Made by a program: the position numbers and the translations under genes
Notes under the pieces: generated by a model
What the model was told of the DNA's origin: nothing
What the model saw: only the letters and a program-made list of their open reading frames with translations
The model's database searches: none
Shown here: positions 47,722 through 57,341 of the stretch, in pieces
How the letters are laid out: each line of letters starts with the position of its first letter
Position numbering within the stretch: position 1 is the first letter of the stretch
NCBI GenBank assembly: GCA_023254095.1
Contig: JALNLM010000006.1
Coordinates: 28,146-92,145 of the forward strand
DNA from: Candidatus Geocrenenecus huangii
GTDB taxonomy: Archaea; Thermoproteota; Nitrososphaeria_A; Caldarchaeales; Wolframiiraptoraceae
DNA: 64,000 nucleotides
Direction of reading: 5' to 3'

Positions 47722-48527
47722 CTTCTCTCGCCTCCCGGGCCGATAGTTTCAAGTTCCTCTTTAAACTTCTTGTAGTATTCCTCCCACGTGATTACCTCGA
47801 CGGGATAATTCCATGGATTTACATGTCTCCTCCATCTAGTTATATTTCTCATATTCCTAGTAGTAGATAGTATCCAGCCAATTAGATGTGATACTTTGCT
47901 AAATGGTATGTAGATGAATAGTATCTGTGCTAAGACGTAGTGTGTTATGAACCATATGTTCTCGGGGGGAGGAATAGGGTTAAATGTGAGGAGGCTATAC
48001 ATGTAGCTGCCTACAGATGCAACATCTACTAATCCGAAGCTTCTCATATACACTCCTAGAAACACTATTGTAATCAAGAGTATTAAGATTACGTAATCGC
48101 TCGTCTTCGAGATGTAACTCACGTTTGGGAGTACTAGTCTCCTGACTAAGAGAAAAGCTAATGTAGCTAGAAAGAATATGCCTGAGTATAGTACAGCCTC
48201 ATACCATCCATATCCAATTACTGACCAGAGGTCGTGGAAGTATACATTAATTATATGTGAGATCAATGTTATAGCTAAAGCTACGTGGAAGACATATCCA
48301 CCCAGCCATAGCTTTTTATTTCCTTTGAGCAAGCTTCGAAAAGTGAGTAAATCTAGTGACATTCTCTTTAATACGCCGGAATAGGTTATGGGGGCTGGAG
48401 CAACAGGCAACCTGAATGGAACAGGTACGGAGAGCCATCTAAGCACTCTGTATATTAGGCCTATTATTAAAGTGAAGAACGCTATGTACGGAGTTATATA
48501 TCCTATGATGAAGATTAGTGGGTCCAT
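47718..48527 (-). CDS. NarI-like membrane cytochrome b (DsrM/HdrE-like)
   Basis: Five TM helices with conserved His in TM2 and TM5 ('HVALAI', 'HYVLAQ'). The start overlaps the dsrK-like stop. Confidence 0.65.
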   Translation of the reverse strand: MDPLIFIIGYITPYIAFFTLIIGLIYRVLRWLSVPVPFRLPVAPAPITYSGVLKRMSLDLLTFRSLLKGNKKLWLGGYVFHVALAITLISHIINVYFHDLWSVIGYGWYEAVLYSGIFFLATLAFLLVRRLVLPNVSYISKTSDYVILILLITIVFLGVYMRSFGLVDVASVGSYMYSLLTFNPIPPPENIWFITHYVLAQILFIYIPFSKVSHLIGWILSTTRNMRNITRWRRHVNPWNYPVEVITWEEYYKKFKEELETIGPGGERR

Positions 48528-48791
48528 CTAGGTGGCACCTCCTTTAAGATACGTTAGTAACATTATCAGGATTATCATTCCTATGCCTGCAGCTATCCAT
48601 TCCTGGTCATAATCTTCGCTTCTATAATAGATATAAACTATCATGCTTAAGATGATTAAGCTTGAAGCAATATATCCTGCCGCCTGAATCTGCTGGGTCA
48701 CTATTATCGGGTTCACCACCCACGTTAGTACAGTTAATACGCCTTGAACGAGAAGTAGAACAACTAATATCACATCAACACTCTTAGCCAA
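48528..48791 (-). CDS. Small 2-3 TM protein, hypothetical subunit
   Basis: 87 aa, hydrophobic. Tightly packed between cytochrome b and the DsrM-like gene. Confidence 0.4.
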   Translation of the reverse strand: MAKSVDVILVVLLLVQGVLTVLTWVVNPIIVTQQIQAAGYIASSLIILSMIVYIYYRSEDYDQEWIAAGIGMIILIMLLTYLKGGAT

Positions 48792-50274
48792 TCCTAAACC
48801 ACCTCTCTAAAGCTTTAAACCTCTTCTCAAGGTTTCCAATCCTTAAATCTTCGAGATATATCGTCTTGAAGGCTTCTATGGTAGATAGTGCTAAGAGGAC
48901 TGACCCCAGCATAAGCCATACAGAGCCTATACTTTCGGTCAACGCTCCATAGATAATCCTAAATGATAAGCCTGCGCACATTATAGATAACAGGAACTTC
49001 ACAGCCGTCCATATATAATGTTTGGGATTTGGCCTCGTCTCCACCAAGTCTCTTATCTTCAGTTTACTAAACTTCTCCCATACTAGTTCAGGAGGCTTAA
49101 TGATCCTCAATCTATAGAGGTATGCAGCTAAGAATATTATTATTGTCGGGATTATTATGGAGAGTATTGCTACATCCGTAGGTATGTATGAGCCTGCGGT
49201 GGCCCAGGCTAGGTAGGTCATTAAGCCTACTTGGACTATTATCCAAGCCCCTATAGCTAGGAAGAATGGTCTCTCGGAGGGATGCCTGTCTTTCCATCTA
49301 TCTATGAATGGTAGGAATATGAAGATCAAGGTAATGATCATGAGTGTCGATACGAAGATATTGAAACCTGCTTCTCCCATCACCTCTATAAACTCCGTCT
49401 TAGCTATCGCGTAGGTCCACATGAAATACCACTCGGGCATAGGTATTGTGACGACTCCAGGAGTATATTTTTCATGTAGACCAAATGGATAAACTATTGA
49501 GGCGAACAGTATGGATGCAACGTAAACAGAAGCTATTATTACAAAGTATAAGAATACATTCGGAAACCATGGGACGAGCTTTTTTTCTTCTTCAGAGATG
49601 TATCTAGATACGGGTTCCGTTATTCCATGGACCTCGAATATGTGCAGCTTTATGGCTAGTAGTATTAGGAGCGTTGCAGGCAGTAGAACAGTATGGAATG
49701 TGAAGAATTTTCTCAGTAACTCTGCGTCCGTCCCATATCCTGAAATGACGTATTCTAGAAGACCGCTTAGAGGCTGAGGGAGATGTTTTATTATTGTTAT
49801 CCCGAATCCCACAGCTGCATATGAAAGAGCATACCATGGGAGAAGATAACCTGTGAAACCCATCATCAACGTGATTAAGCCCATGAGCATACCTACAATC
49901 CACATCAATTCTCTAGGTCTCCTGTAAGCAACCACAAAATAATTCCTCATAAAATGCAGGAACGAAACAAATATCATGGAGAAAGCTGAATATATGTGGA
50001 TGTTTCTTACGAGGTTTCCGAATGGGACCTCAACAATTATCCTGCTCACGGACTCCCATGCAGTATCGGGGTGGGGATCATAGTATTGGAGTAGGATTAT
50101 TCCAGCTATTCCCGCGGTGAAGAAAGCCAATACAGCAATCGCTCCAAGCCAGTATGAAGGATTTCTTAAAGAGTATTCAGGAGCGGGTCTCAAAATTGTT
50201 TTAGTAAAACCAAAATTTTCATCAAGCCAGCCAGCGAATCTATCGATAAGACTTTTTCTAGTCATGCCGGTCAC
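48784..50274 (-). CDS. Cytochrome b of a Rieske/cyt b (bc-type) complex, with C-terminal extra TM extension
   Basis: Qo-site 'PEWY' motif ('MPEWYFMW'). Conserved His pairs in helices B and D ('HIYSAF', 'FHTVLL'). About 12 TM, 496 aa. Confidence 0.75.
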   Translation of the reverse strand: MTGMTRKSLIDRFAGWLDENFGFTKTILRPAPEYSLRNPSYWLGAIAVLAFFTAGIAGIILLQYYDPHPDTAWESVSRIIVEVPFGNLVRNIHIYSAFSMIFVSFLHFMRNYFVVAYRRPRELMWIVGMLMGLITLMMGFTGYLLPWYALSYAAVGFGITIIKHLPQPLSGLLEYVISGYGTDAELLRKFFTFHTVLLPATLLILLAIKLHIFEVHGITEPVSRYISEEEKKLVPWFPNVFLYFVIIASVYVASILFASIVYPFGLHEKYTPGVVTIPMPEWYFMWTYAIAKTEFIEVMGEAGFNIFVSTLMIITLIFIFLPFIDRWKDRHPSERPFFLAIGAWIIVQVGLMTYLAWATAGSYIPTDVAILSIIIPTIIIFLAAYLYRLRIIKPPELVWEKFSKLKIRDLVETRPNPKHYIWTAVKFLLSIMCAGLSFRIIYGALTESIGSVWLMLGSVLLALSTIEAFKTIYLEDLRIGNLEKRFKALERWFRIG

Positions 50275-50275
50275 C

Positions 50276-50980
50276 TCATAATTTCTCTTCTAGAGTTACT
50301 TCTGAGACTAGTTTCTTGCCTAGCATTATCCTCTTCAACTCGTCGGGATTCGAAGAGCACTGAGTTACTCCGGGAACAGCTGGTGCTGGAGGGGCTAGCC
50401 CTAAAACGTAAATGTCCCCAGAAGCCTCATCATATTCTAAAACTACTCTACATAGACTACAGAATGGTGGTCCTGCGAGAACCTCACCATCTTTCTCAAG
50501 ATCATAGATTGCTGCGTGAGCTGGGCAATATAATAAATTCTTATCTGGATAAAGTTCTAGAATATTTGGTGGAACAGTCTTCAGATAAGTTAATTTTTCT
50601 GGTATTCTTTCTTCTTTCGGTGGAATATAAATAGTCCCGTAATATCTAGCGTGCTGGCATATCATGACGTATGCGACTATATCTTTGTCAGGGCCTATCC
50701 CTGACGGAATATTTTTCCCAGTCTTGACAACTAGACATGGAATATCCCTCGTAGGATAAGAGAACAAGTACCACGTTTTAGGTTTAATATCTTTAATATT
50801 CGCTAACCTGACTCGAGGCCATTCAGGGATTTCTAGAATAGCTGGAGTAATAGATTTTAAGAGTGGAGCCGCACTACCGAGACCTAGAATAAAGGAGAGG
50901 GCCGTGATAAATTTAAGAGTAGTCCTTCTACCTGTCGATATTTCATCCTTGCCATGCTCCTCATGAGCCAACTTGATCAC
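50276..50980 (-). CDS. Rieske [2Fe-2S] protein with twin-arginine signal
   Basis: Tat motif 'GRRTTLKF'. Rieske boxes 'CQHARY' and 'CPAHAAIYD'. Both boxes lack the disulfide cysteines. Confidence 0.65.
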   Translation of the reverse strand: MIKLAHEEHGKDEISTGRRTTLKFITALSFILGLGSAAPLLKSITPAILEIPEWPRVRLANIKDIKPKTWYLFSYPTRDIPCLVVKTGKNIPSGIGPDKDIVAYVMICQHARYYGTIYIPPKEERIPEKLTYLKTVPPNILELYPDKNLLYCPAHAAIYDLEKDGEVLAGPPFCSLCRVVLEYDEASGDIYVLGLAPPAPAVPGVTQCSSNPDELKRIMLGKKLVSEVTLEEKL

Positions 50981-51018
50981 CTAAACATACATTAGGAAAA
51001 ATGTATTCGGTAGCTATT

Positions 51019-51351
51019 CTAGACGCAGCCTGTAGGCTTTGGCAACCCTGCTACTTTACAAGCACCCTTCGCAGGTCCTGAAGGGAAGAGTTCATAGATT
51101 TTCTGGAGGGAGAATCCTGTCTGTTTTACAAGCATCCTTATTGGTGGAGCTACACCATATTTCTGCCAGTATTCCCTTAAGTAGTTTATTACCTTCCAAT
51201 GTTCATCAGTCAGTTTCTCCACGCCTTCGAAATGTTTTGCGAAGAATTCTGCAACCTCCGGGCTCCATTTCTCAGGTTCTTGGAGGAAACCGTCTTCATC
51301 TACTTCAAGCTTCTGTCCTTTAAACTCTACATGAGGCATGATCTTTTCCAC
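51019..51351 (-). CDS. dsrC: DsrC-family protein (both conserved C-terminal cysteines)
   Basis: C-terminus 'GACKVAGLPKPTGCV' is the diagnostic DsrC tail, with CysB and penultimate CysA. Confidence 0.8.
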   Translation of the reverse strand: MEKIMPHVEFKGQKLEVDEDGFLQEPEKWSPEVAEFFAKHFEGVEKLTDEHWKVINYLREYWQKYGVAPPIRMLVKQTGFSLQKIYELFPSGPAKGACKVAGLPKPTGCV

Positions 51352-51359
51352 CCTCGAAG

Positions 51360-51420
51360 TAGATAAATATACTGGAGTATTTAATTCTTTTTACGTAAAA
51401 ATATACTGTCAAAAACGTAA
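51360..51420 (-). promoter_or_regulatory. Promoter region of dsrC operon: direct repeat 'AAATATACTG' x2 and palindrome TTACGTAA
   Basis: Repeats at about 51365-51375 and 51398-51408. Palindrome at about 51391-51398 with a half-site 'AACGTAA' at 51414-51420. Confidence 0.25.
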
Positions 51421-51554
51421 ACGCTGATATAAAGAAAACACATATACTAGCATTTAGCATAATAGTATTCTCTGAAATTTCCTATTAGAATACACATCGT
51501 ATAACGGTTTTCTTCATACTGAGTCCCTATGTTCTTAGTCTCCTTTTTATTCAG

Positions 51555-52826
51555 TTACTCTGCTAAGTCATAGAAATATATCTTTAAAAGATTGAATAGT
51601 TGCTGCTTATCCACTATTTTATAGTTTTTTCTAAGGTTCTCTATTAGAGGGTTAAGTATCCTCTTAACTATTGCTTTAGACATGTCTTGAATAACCTCTT
51701 TACTTTTTTCATCAATCTGAATGTGTCTCATCATAGACATCGCCTCTTCAACCTCCTCCAATCGAACTCTCTCTGCATAACAACATATCTTAGAGATCAA
51801 TTCATCAACCCATACAGTTTCAATTCTCTCCTTGAACTTCGCTACGCAGTCTTCAATGAATTCTTCAATTTTTTCTAATTCTTTAACTCTATCATATACT
51901 GATGTATCTACGTACTCTCGGAGACCGTCTAACGTTATGAGTTTCACGTTTTTAAGATGTGAAACATTGGGATCAACATTCCTTGGAACCGATAAATCTA
52001 TAATCATGAGAGGCTTACTTCTCTCCTGAACAGCTTCCTCTACTTTTCCTCTAGTCAAGATGTAATGTGGTGCGGAAGTCGTAACGAATACCGCGTCTGC
52101 TATCTTCAGATAATTTTCTATTTGGTCTAATTTTAGAGCGATTCCACCACTTAGATTAGCTAGTTGTATGGCCTTCTCATATGTTCTATTTGCGAACAGT
52201 AATGTTATCTTTCTATAATTTTTCTCCATTAACGCGGAGTTTACTAGCTCACCTGTCTCTCCAGCACCTATGATAAGGATTACTTTGTCATTCAGATTTT
52301 TTAATACTTTCTCAACTACCTCGACTGCAACATGAGCTAAGCTTAACCTCTTTCTACTAATCTCAGTCGTAGACCTAACCTTCTTTCCTACTCTAATCGC
52401 TTCTTGAAAAACCATCTTGAGGAGCTGAGATAAACTATTATTAGTTAACCCTCTGTAGAATGCTTCTTTTACTTGACGTAGGATCTCTTGTTCTCCCACC
52501 ACCATTGACTCGAGTCCAGACGCTAATCTGAACAAATGCCTAACTACATCAACATCCTGTATCAATAGGATGTTTATTTTGAGTTCTGAATCTCCAGTCA
52601 GGTCTTCCCATACACTCAGTATGTCTTCTACAACTTTCTCGTCTGCCGAATCAAGGTATACCTCGACACGGTTACATGTTTGCAGTATTGCTACCCCCTC
52701 GACTCCATCAATGTTCTTGAATAATTTGAGAGCCAGCTCTAGGTCTTTGAAGAAGGCTTTCTCCAGCCTAGATATAGGCAGTTGCTTATGTGTAAGGAGG
52801 AGACCGTGAAGAGAGTTCAGAGACAT
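51555..52826 (-). CDS. hemA: Glutamyl-tRNA reductase
   Basis: 'LQTCNRVEVY' catalytic Cys block and 'IIGAGETGEL' NADPH site. Confidence 0.9.
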   Translation of the reverse strand: MSLNSLHGLLLTHKQLPISRLEKAFFKDLELALKLFKNIDGVEGVAILQTCNRVEVYLDSADEKVVEDILSVWEDLTGDSELKINILLIQDVDVVRHLFRLASGLESMVVGEQEILRQVKEAFYRGLTNNSLSQLLKMVFQEAIRVGKKVRSTTEISRKRLSLAHVAVEVVEKVLKNLNDKVILIIGAGETGELVNSALMEKNYRKITLLFANRTYEKAIQLANLSGGIALKLDQIENYLKIADAVFVTTSAPHYILTRGKVEEAVQERSKPLMIIDLSVPRNVDPNVSHLKNVKLITLDGLREYVDTSVYDRVKELEKIEEFIEDCVAKFKERIETVWVDELISKICCYAERVRLEEVEEAMSMMRHIQIDEKSKEVIQDMSKAIVKRILNPLIENLRKNYKIVDKQQLFNLLKIYFYDLAE

Positions 52827-52928
52827 ATCATCATCAGCTACACATTAAATAGCCTATGGTCCCTAAAAAGCTTCTACATTACGTTGAGTACTATGATATA
52901 TTTTAATTCTAGGTTTAAAAAATACTTT

Positions 52929-53750
52929 ATGATGCCATACGTGAATAACGAAATCTATTATGAAGTCTACGGAGAAGGCAGACCACTAATGTTAATCCAC
53001 GGTGCATGGGCTTCTCATGAATGGTGGAGAATGCAGATCCCTGAATTCTCCAAGAAGTATAAAGTGATTGCTATTGATGTTAGAGGCCATGGGAAGTCTG
53101 CTAGATTGGAGAAGCCTACAACTGTTCAGAAACTTGCAGAAGACGTTGACAAGGTCTTAAACACTTTGGGTATCAGTGAAATCGTACTAGTAGGTTGGTC
53201 GATGGGTGGCATGTTATCTACTCAATACTACTTTGAACATCCCGAAAAAGTTAAAGGACTAGTATTGATTTCGAGTAGACTGCATAAAAGACCTAGGATG
53301 CTCATAGAAGCTTACTTAAGAACAATACGTGAAATGTTCACACTCTTTATGGATTTCGCAGACTTTGAAGGTTTCGAATCATTAAAGTATGAAGATGAGG
53401 TGAAGAAAGAAGTTCAAAAAATGTTTTCATCATCCACTGACCCGGAGATCATTAGATGGGCTATTGAAGACCTGACAAAGAATAGGCGGAGAGATTACAT
53501 AAACATTGTTAAAACGCTGGCCAAATACGATGCATCGGATAAGCTTCACATGATTAAAGTACCAATGCTTATAATTGTTGGAGACAAGGATGAGAGAACA
53601 CCTCCTGAATTCGCTAAAAAGATACATGAGAAGGTCCCTCACTCCAAGCTCATCATAATTGAAGGCTACGGGCATTACATGCTAATTGAGAGGCCGGATA
53701 TTGTTAATAAAGAGATAATAGACTTCTTGCAGAGTATAGGTTATCGTTGA
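52929..53750 (+). CDS. Alpha/beta hydrolase fold protein
   Basis: 'LIHGAWASHEWW' and nucleophile elbow 'GWSMGG'. Start set at the internal Met: the longest ORF starts at 52782 but overlaps hemA. Confidence 0.7.
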   Translation: MMPYVNNEIYYEVYGEGRPLMLIHGAWASHEWWRMQIPEFSKKYKVIAIDVRGHGKSARLEKPTTVQKLAEDVDKVLNTLGISEIVLVGWSMGGMLSTQYYFEHPEKVKGLVLISSRLHKRPRMLIEAYLRTIREMFTLFMDFADFEGFESLKYEDEVKKEVQKMFSSSTDPEIIRWAIEDLTKNRRRDYINIVKTLAKYDASDKLHMIKVPMLIIVGDKDERTPPEFAKKIHEKVPHSKLIIIEGYGHYMLIERPDIVNKEIIDFLQSIGYR

Positions 53751-55123
53751 CTCATATGAGGCCACATCATTAACTTCCTGAAAACCTCAGCATTATGTAA
53801 AACGTGGATATGAGTATACATTGCTAGAAGATTCTCTTTCATGACTCCATCATGTATCCCATCTACACCATATCCTCTCTCAACCTTGAAAGCAAAATCC
53901 ACATCTTCTTTTAGGACTAAGCGAGAATGATGGAATTCATGACCTACTAAACTTTGATTGAGGCTTGTTAGAGGATTATCTTTTATCGTTGATAGGTAAA
54001 CGTATCCATGGCCTACCGGTCTCCTATACATCTCGACGTATCCATCAATCAACCCGGCCATCATGTATTCTCCTCCATCAAAAGCTATAACTCTCTCTGA
54101 GAGATAGATTAACCCCCCACATTCTGCATAGATTTTTAATCCACCTTCATACTTCTTCTTGATATCTTTTTTCAGGGGTTTGTTCTTCTCAAGTAAACTG
54201 GCATAGACTTCCGGGAACCCTCCCCCAATATAGAGTAAATCAATATCTGGAAGTGATGAATCATTAACTGAGTCTATGTAGTATACTCTGTCGGCAACGG
54301 TCTCGAAATACTCAATATTCTCAGGGTAATAGAATGAGAATATCTTATCTCTAATAACTCCTATCCTTATACTGCATCTAGTCATGGGATAGAGTTCCTC
54401 GAAGCTAGCTGGACATATCTCATCCACGTTTGAAGCTATCTCAACTATTTTATCTACATCTATCTGTTGACCGACACTCTTTATAGCTTGTATTATTTCC
54501 TTTATCTCTCCGACCCTCTCAGATGTCGGGACTAGCCCTAAATGTCTGTAACCCATCTTTGATTTAATGATGTCGCTTCTATGAATAACACCAACGATCT
54601 CGAGTCCATTAAATTTTTCTCTAAAAGCCTTAACTATTTTTTCTCCTTGTCTTTCATTTGCTACATTATTTACTATTATCCCACCAATCTTCACACTCCT
54701 ATCGAATTCTAGGAATCCCTTAACAATGGCTAGTAGCCCTCTATTAATTCTTTCTGCATCGACGATCAAGACGACGGGTGCTTTAAGGATCTTCGATAAC
54801 TCTGCTGTACTTCCTCTCTCCGTTACCCCGTCCACGCTATCGTAAAGTCCTAGAACTCCTTCTATCACCCCGATGTCTGAGTTTCTCATTGCTCTACAGA
54901 ATGAATTGATAATAGCTTCTTTTCTGAACATTACTGCATCAAGATTACGTGAAGGCCTACTCGAGAAGATGTTGTGATAAGATGGGTCTATAAAGTCAGG
55001 ACCGACCTTGAACGGTTGAACCCTGTATCCGCGTTCAGCAAGTAGGCTGATAATAGCAGACGTAGCCACAGTCTTCCCTATCTTACCGCTGACCCCTGAG
55101 ATGATTATCCTAGGCTTATTCAT
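53741..55123 (-). CDS. cbiA: Cobyrinate (or sirohydrochlorin-type) a,c-diamide synthase, CbiA/CobB family
   Basis: N-terminal P-loop 'SGVSGKIGKT' ATPase domain plus a C-terminal glutamine amidotransferase domain ('AECGG'). Confidence 0.85.
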   Translation of the reverse strand: MNKPRIIISGVSGKIGKTVATSAIISLLAERGYRVQPFKVGPDFIDPSYHNIFSSRPSRNLDAVMFRKEAIINSFCRAMRNSDIGVIEGVLGLYDSVDGVTERGSTAELSKILKAPVVLIVDAERINRGLLAIVKGFLEFDRSVKIGGIIVNNVANERQGEKIVKAFREKFNGLEIVGVIHRSDIIKSKMGYRHLGLVPTSERVGEIKEIIQAIKSVGQQIDVDKIVEIASNVDEICPASFEELYPMTRCSIRIGVIRDKIFSFYYPENIEYFETVADRVYYIDSVNDSSLPDIDLLYIGGGFPEVYASLLEKNKPLKKDIKKKYEGGLKIYAECGGLIYLSERVIAFDGGEYMMAGLIDGYVEMYRRPVGHGYVYLSTIKDNPLTSLNQSLVGHEFHHSRLVLKEDVDFAFKVERGYGVDGIHDGVMKENLLAMYTHIHVLHNAEVFRKLMMWPHMSQR

Positions 55124-55802
55124 TTTCTCTAATCCCTTTAATTTCTAATCCGTACTTCCTCAATATGTTTCTTAATATTCTTTCAGCGTCATGGACACTG
55201 CCTGATCTTAATGCGTTCCTTAAGTCATCGTTATGATAGACTTGGTAATATATCTTCATCCTGGTTTCGGGATCTGAAATACTCCTTCTTACGATTCTCT
55301 TAACCTCGTGTATCATTTCTGCTAGCCTGACCAATTCTTGCTCTCCACTAAGATAATTCACGATTCTCTGTAACGCTTCTCTCGCAACCATGCTACTCCT
55401 ACCTTCGGTAGTTACAGCAATTCTAAATGGGCCGACCGAGGAATCTATCGGTACGACGACATCTGTTCCCTCAGCATTGTTGGCTAGATTCAGTAACGAT
55501 TTATGTTTTCTAGCAATCCTCGATATCAGGTCATTATATTCTTCTGTATCTAGCGTAACCATAACGATATCCGATGATTTAATAAATTCTTCAAGTTTAT
55601 CTACTTCATCAACATCTCCCTCAACCAACTCAATGAAACCGTTACGGCCAAGCTCGACTATCTTTTCATCAAAGCTTCTACTATATACTATTACCCTACC
55701 GCCAGTTTTAGAATATTTTTCAGCCCTCTTCGCGCCTTCTCTTCCACCGCCAATAATCAGTATTGTCTTATTTGACAGCTCGATGAAAAACGGCATCCTC
55801 AT
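55116..55802 (-). CDS. sirC: Precorrin-2 dehydrogenase / sirohydrochlorin ferrochelatase (CysG-N/Met8-like)
   Basis: 'ILIIGGGREGAKRA' NAD-binding motif. 228 aa. Overlaps cbiA. Confidence 0.75.
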   Translation of the reverse strand: MRMPFFIELSNKTILIIGGGREGAKRAEKYSKTGGRVIVYSRSFDEKIVELGRNGFIELVEGDVDEVDKLEEFIKSSDIVMVTLDTEEYNDLISRIARKHKSLLNLANNAEGTDVVVPIDSSVGPFRIAVTTEGRSSMVAREALQRIVNYLSGEQELVRLAEMIHEVKRIVRRSISDPETRMKIYYQVYHNDDLRNALRSGSVHDAERILRNILRKYGLEIKGIRENE

Positions 55803-55870
55803 ATACTTCGATAAAATCTTTCACAAAACCCTTAAAAACATTTAAATAAAGTAGAAATATCTTGGAGATG

Positions 55871-56299
55871 CTAAGTCTTTGCAAGCTTTATCTTACCTGA
55901 TGGTAGAATCCTGACCCTTAAAGGTGCGGTGAGGTGGTCTCCTCTCTTCACTGCCTTCTTCCTGGCAAGGTGATAAATAGTCTCTGCACCATAAACTATC
56001 TTTATACCTAGCATATCTGCTCTATCCAATATGATTCTAGGTACGTCTGTTATCGGTGTCTCCGCCGGAACCACAACTTCATTTCTGGGGTTTAGGTCTT
56101 CAAGCATCTTAAGGGTGATCCTTGCTCTCATAATATTTACGTAAGCTCTACTCTCGAGATTTGCTACATTCTCTCTAGTAGTCTTCAGCAGCTCAGCAAC
56201 TTGCTCTTGAGTAAATCCCTTCATTCTTAACTTCAACACCTCTATCTGCCTCTTAGTTAGGAATGGTTTAATGATTTTCCCGCTTTTTTCATTGTCCAA
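55871..56299 (-). CDS. Tfx-family HTH DNA-binding protein
   Basis: 'FLTKRQIEVLKLRMKGFTQEQVAELLKTTRENVANLESRA' resembles the Tfx N-terminal HTH (sigma-70 region-4-like). Confidence 0.55.
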   Translation of the reverse strand: MDNEKSGKIIKPFLTKRQIEVLKLRMKGFTQEQVAELLKTTRENVANLESRAYVNIMRARITLKMLEDLNPRNEVVVPAETPITDVPRIILDRADMLGIKIVYGAETIYHLARKKAVKRGDHLTAPLRVRILPSGKIKLAKT

Positions 56300-56537
56300 T
56301 CCTTATCAATAATCATAGATGATGCTTATCTATTTAAGATTCATGATGCTGCGGAGCCCTAAATACTTCTAACCCGGCCTCACCATATCCGCGATGTTGG
56401 ATTGTGAACATGACCAAGTATTTGACTCGAAATATACTTAAGCAGCTTATCTATTTGGTTGATTTTACTAGATTTTTCCGAGTTAACCCTACCTTAAACT
56501 TTATTAAATTGCTCCAGCATTATCTCTTGAATAGGTT

Positions 56538-57238
56538 ATGGGTTTTAATGAAGAATTGTTAACGGTCTTGAATAATAGGCGTTTAATTTACTGGTTCCTT
56601 TCAAGAATATGTGAAAAAGAGATTAAGGGCGACTTCTTAAAAGATTTGATAAGCAGTAATAATCCAGTTTTAAGATTGGATGAATCTATAGACGTTGGGG
56701 ACGAAGAGATTAGAGAAGGCTTAAACTTGATGAAGAAATACATAGATAGGGCCCTTAAACGTGACTTGAAAGAAGTAGAGTTAGAACTGGCAGTAGATTA
56801 TGCTAACATCTTCTTAGGTGTAAAGAAGAAACCTCCTCATCCTTCTGAATCTGTTTATAAGACAGGTCTCCTTATGCAAGAACCATACACGAAGTCCTCT
56901 ATGCATACTGGGATGCGGGAGTAACTGTCGTTAAAGAAGAATTTAAGGAGCCTGCAGACCACATAGCGATAGAATTTCAGTTCATGTCTTACCTATGTAG
57001 GAAAGCTAAAGAAGCATTGGAGAAAAATGATAAAGAAAACCTTTTAAAGTTTCTAAGAAAGCAGGAAGACTTCATGGAGAAACACTTGATCAAGTGGGTT
57101 CCCCAGCTAGCTGGAGATATTCAAGAGAGTGCGGATACAGATTTCTATAAGGGCTTCGGCAAAATACTTGGCCGATACGTTCAATATGACAGAGAAGTGA
57201 TAGGCACTCTCATAAAAGAAACTCAATCCTTCACATGA
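56538..57238 (+). pseudogene. TorD/DmsD/NarJ-family redox-enzyme maturation chaperone, disrupted by a -1 frameshift
   Basis: ORF1 ('...DYANIFLGV..PPHPSESVY') and ORF2, which upstream of its Met reads '...EVLYAYWDAGVTVVKEEFKEPADHIAIEF', together reconstruct a TorD-like protein including the 'EPxDH' signature. The frames switch around 56880-56895. Confidence 0.6.
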
Positions 57239-57341
57239 TGTAGAGTGTAACGAGAGTTAGTTACAAAAGTTTATCAATTAAGTACACTATCATCGAAAAC
57301 AGTTACGTAGACTTAAAAATAATCTAACAAACTTATCTCTC

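Noticed and set aside
52782-52928. N-terminal extension of the alpha/beta hydrolase back to 52782
   Set aside because: The extension overlaps the hemA start region on the opposite strand and contains no conserved residues. The hydrolase motifs begin after the internal Met at about 52929.
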